From a virus (Duplodnaviria; Heunggongvirae; Uroviricota; Caudoviricetes): 4,941 nt of DNA. The stretch lies in the IMG/VR virus record IMGVR_UViG_2734482780_000003. The stretch is one strand, 5' to 3'. Every line of letters starts with the position of its first letter. The stretch's first letter is position 1. Under the pieces are notes generated by a model. The model had not been told where the DNA came from. It did no database searches and worked only from the letters and a program-made list of their open reading frames with translations. The translations under genes and the position numbers were made by a program. This document shows positions 1-4,941 of the stretch, piece after piece.

Positions 1-260
1 AATTTCCCTTTGCATACCAGGGCAAAACCTTTCCAGCCGATATACACCGTCAGGACAGCGCCACGAACCGGCAGCCCGACCTGCCCGTCGGCATCGTTCA
101 GTTCAATATCAAGCTGGTCAGCCTCAAAGCCCCGGTTATCCGTCAGGGTCATGCTCATCAGACGGTCGCTGATATTGCCGGTAATATCCCTGCTGTCGAG
201 CATCAGCATGTAATCCGGCGTCAGCGTACTGCCTGCATCAAATGTCAGCGCATCCAGCAT
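1..260 (-). CDS. D: Phage tail protein D (P2 gpD-like), N-terminal part only; the gene continues beyond the window start
   Basis: ATG at 260..258 opens a minus-strand frame with no stop down to position 1, translating MLDALTFDAGSTLTPDYMLMLDSRDITGNISDRLMSMTLTDNRGFEADQLDIELNDADGQVGLPVRGAVLTVYIGWKGF..., which I recognise as the gpD N-terminus. The start overlaps the U stop (TAATG). Position after U matches P2 order T-U-D. Absent from the ORF track because it has no in-window stop. Confidence 0.8.
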   Translation of the reverse strand, partial: MLDALTFDAGSTLTPDYMLMLDSRDITGNISDRLMSMTLTDNRGFEADQLDIELNDADGQVGLPVRGAVLTVYIGWKGFALVCKGK

Positions 261-739
261 TATCCCGCCCCCGTCATACCCGTGAATTTAGTCGCCATAC
301 TGCCAGCCTTACCGATGAGCGATTCCGCCTGTTTACCGATATCGCCATAAAGCGCGACCAGTGATTCATCAACGCGGGTGAGCGACAACGTAAAATCAAT
401 TTTCCGGGGTGTGCCGTCTGCAAAGAAAATACTCCCTGTTTCACTCACCCTGCTGATGACATACATGCCGTAAATCATGCCGGTGCCATCCAGCAACGGC
501 CACGCCCGGCCTTCCTCTGCCATCAGCCTGAGCGTGGTCATCGTCAGCTTCCCGCCGGTCAGTTCGGGATAAAGCACGCCGGCAAGCGTCATGTTTTCCT
601 CACCCACACCGAGAAACTGAAAGGCATCCCGTTTACCGATACGGGAATTTGACGGCCAGCGATAATCTGATTCGCGCTGCATGGTCTGGTGTGGCAGCGT
701 CTGGCGCATAAAAACAAACATACCTAACGCGAGCATCAT
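260..739 (-). CDS. U: Phage tail protein U (P2 gpU-like), 159 aa
   Basis: Complete ORF from ATG 739..737 to TAA 262..260. A GGAGGTGA Shine-Dalgarno (reverse complement of 744..751) sits about 6 nt upstream of the ATG. Product MMLALGMFVFMRQTLPHQ...TGMTGAG matches my recollection of gpU. Lies immediately downstream of the T stop, as in P2. Confidence 0.88.
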   Translation of the reverse strand: MMLALGMFVFMRQTLPHQTMQRESDYRWPSNSRIGKRDAFQFLGVGEENMTLAGVLYPELTGGKLTMTTLRLMAEEGRAWPLLDGTGMIYGMYVISRVSETGSIFFADGTPRKIDFTLSLTRVDESLVALYGDIGKQAESLIGKAGSMATKFTGMTGAG

Positions 740-753
740 TTTTCGTCACCTCC

Positions 754-2083
754 TTAACCGTCATGCATCATGCTGGCACGGGCGCGCGCACGTTTATCCC
801 GCTCGTATTTTTCGAGCGCATCCTGTAACTGGCGGTCAAGCTGTGTCCCCGGCGCAGTACCACCCGTCAGGCTGATGTGATATTCGTTTTTACTCTGGTC
901 CACATAAGAGCGGCCAGCCGGTGCCGTGACCGGCTGATAAGCCTGATAGCCTGCATAAGAGCTGGTCGCCGGAATATAACCACCGGTGCCATACGTGGCG
1001 GCATTAGTCCTTGCGGCGGTCTGGTCAAGTGTGTCTGACTCTTTGTTGATGACACCGAGTTTTTCCAGTACCCAGTCAATACCACTGCGCAGTTTGTTGA
1101 ACGCATTAAGCGGCAGCATCAACGCGTCAGCCAGTGCCTGCCCGAACATGACACCCGTGTCACGGCAACGGTTCAGGGTGTCCTGGGTGGCTTTGACCGG
1201 GGCAATCAGGTTTTTAAACCACTGCCACGCGGCCTGTAACTTTTCGCCCAGCCAGTCAAACACCGGCTTAAGTGGCGTGAACAGTTCCCCCACCGGCGCA
1301 AATGCCGCTTTCAGCCCTTCCACCACACCGCCAAAGAATGCGCTGACAGGCTCCCAGTATTTACGAATAAGCAACGCCCCGGCGACAATGGCGGCCACCA
1401 CGGCAACAACCGGCCAGCTAATCGCCCCGATGGCCGTCATAACAGCACTGCCAACCGTCGTGAAGATTGCCCCCATTGCGCCTGCTGCCGCGATGATGGC
1501 ATTGATGCCGGTGATAACCGGCCAGGCTACGAGGCCAATGGCACCGATGACGCCAGTCAGCGCCAGTGCGCCACCGACAATTAGGCCAATGGTTGACGCC
1601 AGTGATTTGTTTTTCTGGATCCAGCCGTCGAGTTTTAACACATACTTTGTGGCCGTCTGTGTGAGCTTACGCAGTGCGCCTTCCTGCTGGTCAAACAGGT
1701 CAGTCCCCACCGCTTCATAAGCGGACTGAAACTCCTTAAAGTCACCGCCGAGGTTATCCTGCATGATTTTAACCAGCTCTTCCGTTTTACCGTCCGAGGC
1801 TTTCAGCGTGGCGGTCAGCTTATCCAGTTTTCCGCTTGCTGCCGCTGCCAGTAAAACGTTCGCTGATTTCAGGGCTTCCTCACCAAAAATGGTTTTAAGG
1901 TATTCCCCCTTCTGAGACGTTCCCAGCTTGTGTTTATCAAAGCTGGCCTGAATCTCTTTCAGAATGGTGAACAACGGGCGCATATTTCCCTTTTTGTCCG
2001 AGGTTTTAACGCCAAGCTCTTTGAGTGCATCCCATGCTTTCCCTGTCGGAGCCTGTAATCGGGTGACAACGGCACTGCTACCC
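754..2083 (-). pseudogene. T: Tail tape measure protein T (P2 gpT-like), 5'-truncated: C-terminal portion only, frame intact to the native stop
   Basis: Minus-strand frame is open from 2094 to the TAA at 756..754; the first ATG is at 1983..1981, giving the 409-aa track ORF. The product has tape-measure character (central Gly/Ala-rich hydrophobic segment, ending ...EKYERDKRARARASMMHDG) and is followed by U and D. There is no N-terminal half: upstream the sequence switches abruptly to the 5' end of J. Confidence 0.75.
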
Positions 2084-2188
2084 GTAAAGGGAAATCAGTG
2101 TCGCCTTGCGTTCAGCGAGAATGCTTTCAAAGTCCAGCTCCTCGACCACATCCGGTGCGGGTAGCTGGTTCAGGTCGATAATTGGCAT
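2078..2188 (-). pseudogene. J: Baseplate assembly protein J (P2 gpJ-like) remnant: first 35 codons, then one non-native Gly codon and a TAG stop
   Basis: ATG 2188..2186, four nt after the W stop, translates MPIIDLNQLPAPDVVEELDFESILAERKATLISLYG*. I recall this as the gpJ N-terminus, which in P2 continues ...SLYP.... Here homology ends after the Tyr codon (2086..2084) and a TAG follows at 2080..2078. Confidence 0.75.
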
Positions 2189-2192
2189 GGTT

Positions 2193-2540
2193 TCAACTCA
2201 CAGGGATGGTTAATGAAAGTGGCTGGCCGGTGTCGTTGTGCTGGCCGGTTAACGTGGCCGTCATTCGCCCGTCAAAACTGCGCTCAGTGGTGACGGATGA
2301 CAGGGTGACGCGGGGTTCCCATTTCAGCACCGCCATGTAACAGGCGACCTTAATCTGCAACTCAAGCGCCGGGGTCTGCGGCTGGTCAATCATTGATGCC
2401 AGCAACGAGCCGTAATCACGACGCATCACCCGTGAGCCGACCGGTGTGCGCAGGATATCGCCGATACTCTGGCTGATATGCTCAAGGTCAGTGACAGTCA
2501 GGCCATCACTGCGATTCATTCCGAGATAACGCGCTGTCAT
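2193..2540 (-). CDS. W: Baseplate wedge protein W (P2 gpW-like), 115 aa
   Basis: Complete ORF from ATG 2540..2538 to TGA 2195..2193. The start overlaps the V stop (ATGA). Product MTARYLGMNRSDGLTVTDLEHISQSIGDILRTPVGSRVMRRDYGSLLASMIDQ... matches my recollection of gpW. Synteny V-W-J. Confidence 0.9.
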   Translation of the reverse strand: MTARYLGMNRSDGLTVTDLEHISQSIGDILRTPVGSRVMRRDYGSLLASMIDQPQTPALELQIKVACYMAVLKWEPRVTLSSVTTERSFDGRMTATLTGQHNDTGQPLSLTIPVS

Positions 2541-3172
2541 AAAGGACTCCCGGTTGTGCCGCCGCTGTCGCCGGGGTGTTTATGGGTATGCAGTACCTTA
2601 CCGTTTGATGAGAGTTCACCGCCGGTGTGTTCAATGTTGCCGCGCATCGTCCCGCCCTTCTGCACTTCCAGCGTGCCGGTAATCAGCCTGTTGGTGCAGA
2701 CCACCTCCGGGGTGTCCAGGGTGACGCGGGTTGATGCTTTCACCATGAACACCGGCACCGTGGCAGTAACAGAATCAGAAGCCGTCACGCTGGCCGTTTT
2801 AATTCCGCTTACCGTGAGTGCACTGGTTTCGGGTTCATATTCAATCACCGCCCCGTCAGGGAAACGGATATGCAGGGCATCCGCCGACACAGACGGCGAG
2901 GGGTTATCGCCGGAATAAATCCCCGGCAGAACGAACGCCGTGTCGAGTTCACCACCCACGGCCAGAATCAGCACCTGTTCCCCCACGGAAGGTGCCCACC
3001 ATGTGCGCGAACGCCCGGCACGATGGGTCAGCCACTGAAGCCAGTCGGTGCACATGCCGCCGGTCTGCACGCGGCAGCGACCGGCGTTAAGGTCGGTTTC
3101 GACGATAATGCCGGTGCGAATCATGTTGCGCAGTGCGCGCGCGAGTTCCTGAATATTTGCGAGAGTGTTCAT
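2537..3172 (-). CDS. V: Baseplate spike / central hub protein V (P2 gpV-like), 211 aa
   Basis: ATG at 3172..3170 (MNTLANIQELARALRNMIRTGIIVETDLNAGRCRVQTGG...) to TGA 2539..2537. The track ORF starts 6 codons earlier at a TTG (3190..3188), which I reject in favour of the ATG. Product matches my recollection of gpV. Confidence 0.88.
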   Translation of the reverse strand: MNTLANIQELARALRNMIRTGIIVETDLNAGRCRVQTGGMCTDWLQWLTHRAGRSRTWWAPSVGEQVLILAVGGELDTAFVLPGIYSGDNPSPSVSADALHIRFPDGAVIEYEPETSALTVSGIKTASVTASDSVTATVPVFMVKASTRVTLDTPEVVCTNRLITGTLEVQKGGTMRGNIEHTGGELSSNGKVLHTHKHPGDSGGTTGSPL

Positions 3173-3182
3173 GCATGTGAGA

Positions 3183-3240
3183 TTGCACAATATATAAAAG
3201 TTATGCTATCTGGATTCATTTGTAGAACTACCAGACAACA
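3183..3240 (-). promoter_or_regulatory. Candidate Ogr/Delta-activated late promoter for V (P_V-like): TGT...ACA partial dyad plus an AT-rich -10-like element
   Basis: On the minus strand upstream of the V ATG: TGTTGTCTGGTAGTTCTACA (3240..3221) contains TGT-N11-ACA (or TGT-N14-ACA), followed about 30-40 nt downstream by TTTTATATATT (3199..3189). P2 late promoters carry a TGT-N12-ACA activator site near -55 and P2 has a late promoter in front of V. The spacing here is not an exact match to the consensus as I recall it. Confidence 0.4.
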
Positions 3241-3255
3241 TTCAAGGAGAGCGTA

Positions 3256-4041
3256 ATGGTCAGCTATAATGTGACTAATGTGTGGGGGCTAATCGTTTTT
3301 TTCCTTTGTAGCTTTGCAGTATTAGCATTTTTTAGCTTTGGTAAAAGTAACCTTATGAGGCTTATTGCACATTATTTCAATTTTGGATATTCAGACAAAA
3401 AATTAAAAAGACTTGACCGCGAGTGGCGCGACATTCAACTATTTAAAATAATTAACGGAATCAATGTATCAGGCATTGAAAATGTGAGAATGATACAGCA
3501 GGGACTGATTGATGGAAAACTAAAAACATCGTATTTTTTCCTTACTCGCATCTGGGGTGACATAACAAAACCACCACACATAATTAAAACAATAATTGTA
3601 ATTCTGGCCAGTATTATTTATATTCTCTTCGCATGTTATATACACAACAAACAATCCGCTATAGTAAGAGATGCCATAGGCATACCATATAAAAATATGA
3701 TGTACTATGTTTATAGTGACAAAGTTCTTTTATCCTTCAAAAATAAAGCAGTTGAATTTAATAAAACTTATAGCCTTGCCGATTGCAAGAGACTGCAAAA
3801 CGTATTTATAAAAGACACACTTCCTGAAATCGCCTGCAATAAGCTCTTACAGCTAAACGAGGAGGACTCCGAATGGTTAAGCCAGGAGATTAAAGATAAT
3901 AACAGTCACAAAAAAGCATTATTAATACTATCCCTCGTCTATTTCACTTCAGGTCTGGTTATATTCCTGTCATATACAAAATTCTTTTACGCCAATAAGA
4001 AGGTTTTAGAATACAAAGCATCAAATAAAAATCACTCATAA
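3256..4041 (+). CDS. Hypothetical AT-rich membrane protein (261 aa, three predicted transmembrane helices); cargo gene at the S/V junction, the position occupied by orf30 in P2
   Basis: ORF from ATG 3256 to TAA 4039..4041. AAGGAG Shine-Dalgarno at 3244..3249 with 6-nt spacing. Followed 6 nt downstream by a 13-bp perfect hairpin. Composition is markedly AT-rich (roughly one-third GC by eye, against more than half in the flanking phage genes) with many ATA/AAA/AAT codons. Hydrophobic segments at residues ~9-29 (VWGLIVFFLCSFAVLAFFSFG), ~108-130 (HIIKTIIVILASIIYILFACYIH) and ~221-241 (ALLILSLVYFTSGLVIFLSYT). Orientation is opposite to the surrounding phage operons. No recognisable homology from memory. 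Confidence 0.7.
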   Translation: MVSYNVTNVWGLIVFFLCSFAVLAFFSFGKSNLMRLIAHYFNFGYSDKKLKRLDREWRDIQLFKIINGINVSGIENVRMIQQGLIDGKLKTSYFFLTRIWGDITKPPHIIKTIIVILASIIYILFACYIHNKQSAIVRDAIGIPYKNMMYYVYSDKVLLSFKNKAVEFNKTYSLADCKRLQNVFIKDTLPEIACNKLLQLNEEDSEWLSQEIKDNNSHKKALLILSLVYFTSGLVIFLSYTKFFYANKKVLEYKASNKNHS

Positions 4042-4046
4042 ACCTC

Positions 4047-4083
4047 TAAACATTGAGCGACCAGCATGGCCGCTCAATGTTTA
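4047..4083. terminator. Bidirectional intrinsic terminator hairpin between the convergent cargo gene (+) and S (-)
   Basis: Perfect inverted repeat TAAACATTGAGCG (4047..4059) / CGCTCAATGTTTA (4071..4083) around an 11-nt loop (4060..4070), with possible extra CCA/TGG pairing inside the loop. It lies 6 nt after the cargo stop and about 30 nt after the S stop. T/A-rich runs follow on both strands (TTAATT on plus; AGAGGTTTATGAGTGATTTTTATTTG on minus). Confidence 0.7.
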
Positions 4084-4112
4084 ATTGCGCATCAGCCTCT
4101 GCCTGGATAAAA

Positions 4113-4565
4113 CTAACGCTCAAGGTGAGCCAGGATAATCTCCTCAATCATCTGCACATCCTCACCGGTAAAGCCGAGCAGAGGACGCGCCGGATAATCA
4201 ATTTTCTTACCGTCTTTCCGGGTTTCTTCCGACAGACCGAACTGATGCACACTGGCGATTTTCGGCGACTTCCCGCCGTAAAATTCCATTGATGCCTGCT
4301 CCGGGCTGGCGCGGATATGCAAAAAACGACTGGTGATAAGTTTCGCAAACATTTTTCGCTTAACACGACCAGTCTTTTTTCTGGCGCTCTGCTGCTGGCG
4401 TGGCGCGTAGGGTGTGCCGTCCGGGGCTTTCTGAGCCATCACCCGACGCTGCTGACTCTGCCGCAGACGTTTCGCCAGTTCGGCGCTCAGTCGCCGACGC
4501 CCTGACGGTGACAGCGATTCAATCAGTCCGGTCAGCCGGTCTTCAAAACGCTTAAACTCATTCAT
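4113..4565 (-). CDS. S: Tail completion protein S (P2 gpS-like), 150 aa
   Basis: Complete ORF from ATG 4565..4563 to TAG 4115..4113. The start lies 8 nt inside the R stop region (R TGA at 4560..4558). Product MNEFKRFEDRLTGLIESLSPSGRRRLSAELAKRLRQSQQRRVMAQKAPDGTPYAPRQQQSARKK... matches my recollection of gpS. Confidence 0.88.
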   Translation of the reverse strand: MNEFKRFEDRLTGLIESLSPSGRRRLSAELAKRLRQSQQRRVMAQKAPDGTPYAPRQQQSARKKTGRVKRKMFAKLITSRFLHIRASPEQASMEFYGGKSPKIASVHQFGLSEETRKDGKKIDYPARPLLGFTGEDVQMIEEIILAHLER

Positions 4566-4941
4566 CCCACTTGCTCACCAGTTCGCCATTGATATAAAGC
4601 TCCACCGGGCGGGTGACCGGCTCCGGCGGCGTGGGTTCCGGGATATTCTTCACATGCAGTGCGCCGTCCACCTCACTGACCAGCGTGCGCTCGGTCAGCA
4701 TCAGGCTGATGCTGATATCAAAGCTGCTGTCATTGTTGATGTCTGCATAAAACGTGAAGCCCTTTTTCTGGCCTTCGTCAGTGGTCATGATGTCGGGCTG
4801 ATTTTCCCGCAGCCACGCCAGCACCGGCACGATGAGCAGGTCAAAATCACCGGTAAAGTCGGTCACAATCACATTGAGCGTGTAACGCTTTTCGAATGAC
4901 AGCGACGTCGCCAGTGTGGAGGCAATACTCCCGTTACACGC
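4558..4941 (-). CDS. R: Tail completion protein R (P2 gpR-like), C-terminal part; the 5' end lies beyond the window end
   Basis: Minus-strand frame is open from the window end to TGA 4560..4558, translating ACNGSIASTLATSLSFEKRYTLNVIVTDFTGDFDLLIVPVLAWLRENQPDIMTTDEGQKKGFTFYADINNDS...SKWDE. The track start at 4872 is an internal GTG; the true start is upstream of the window. Matches my recollection of gpR and the R-S order. Confidence 0.82.
   Translation of the reverse strand, partial: ACNGSIASTLATSLSFEKRYTLNVIVTDFTGDFDLLIVPVLAWLRENQPDIMTTDEGQKKGFTFYADINNDSSFDISISLMLTERTLVSEVDGALHVKNIPEPTPPEPVTRPVELYINGELVSKWDE

Noticed and set aside
10-213. 67-aa plus-strand ORF
   Set aside because: Antisense to the well-supported gpD coding sequence. 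Spurious.
681-1106. Plus ORF 681..875 and minus ORF 867..1106
   Set aside because: Both overlap the 3' end of T and the U-T junction, in an alternative frame or antisense. No independent support, and the products are Arg/Pro-rich as expected for out-of-frame translation.
1380-1620. Repetitive Gly/Ala/Ile/Val-rich coding stretch, possible tandem repeat
   Set aside because: This is the hydrophobic central region normal for tape measure proteins, not a DNA-level tandem repeat or CRISPR-like array.
986-1720. 244-aa plus-strand ORF, Ser/Pro/Ala/Thr-rich
   Set aside because: Lies entirely antisense to the tape-measure remnant. Low-complexity composition is typical of the mirror frame of a GC-rich Gly/Ala-rich gene, and it has no start context. 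Spurious.
1964-2164. 66-aa plus-strand ORF spanning the J'/T' junction
   Set aside because: Antisense to both fragments. An open frame across a deletion junction on the non-coding strand is coincidental.
3173-3190. TTG-initiated 6-codon N-terminal extension of V (MCNLTC) in the ORF track
   Set aside because: The ATG at 3172..3170 gives the 211-aa product beginning MNTLANIQ, which matches gpV. The TTG extension lies in the AT-rich promoter region.
2478-3256. Plus-strand ORFs 2478..2918, 2818..3090 and 2870..3256
   Set aside because: All antisense to V and W, with Arg/Pro/Ala-rich products. Shadow ORFs of GC-rich coding sequence.
4870-4872. GTG given by the ORF track as the start of R
   Set aside because: The frame stays open upstream to the window edge and encodes gpR-like sequence, so this GTG is an internal Val codon and R is 5'-partial in this window.
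4053-4899. Plus ORFs 4053..4292, 4317..4505, 4654..4899 and minus ORF 4148..4366
   Set aside because: Antisense or alternative frame within S and R. The S and R frames are the ones with recognisable products and proper coupling.
1-4941. Search for tRNA, rRNA, CRISPR repeats, IS elements or att sites
   Set aside because: No cloverleaf-like or regularly spaced repeat structures were seen. Coding density from the phage genes leaves no room apart from the 3173..3255 and 4042..4112 intergenic regions, which are accounted for as promoter and terminator.

Overview
This window is a segment of a P2-family (Peduovirus-like) prophage tail/late-gene region, with all phage genes on the minus strand in P2 order: R (5' end off the window) - S - [AT-rich cargo gene on the plus strand] - V - W - J' ... 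T' - U - D (3' end off the window). Two things stand out. First, gene J stops after 35 P2-like codons and the sequence runs directly into the C-terminal half of the tape measure gene T; this looks like an internal deletion that removed the rest of J, the tail fibre, sheath and tube genes and the 5' half of T, leaving a tail-defective prophage. Second, a 261-codon, strongly AT-rich ORF predicted to encode a three-helix membrane protein sits in opposite orientation between S and V, with its own Shine-Dalgarno and a perfect 13-bp hairpin terminator; it has no homology I can recognise and is the best candidate here for an uncharacterised accessory function. Protein identifications rest on my recollection of P2 protein sequences and gene order; no database search was run. 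No tRNA, rRNA, CRISPR array or IS element was seen.
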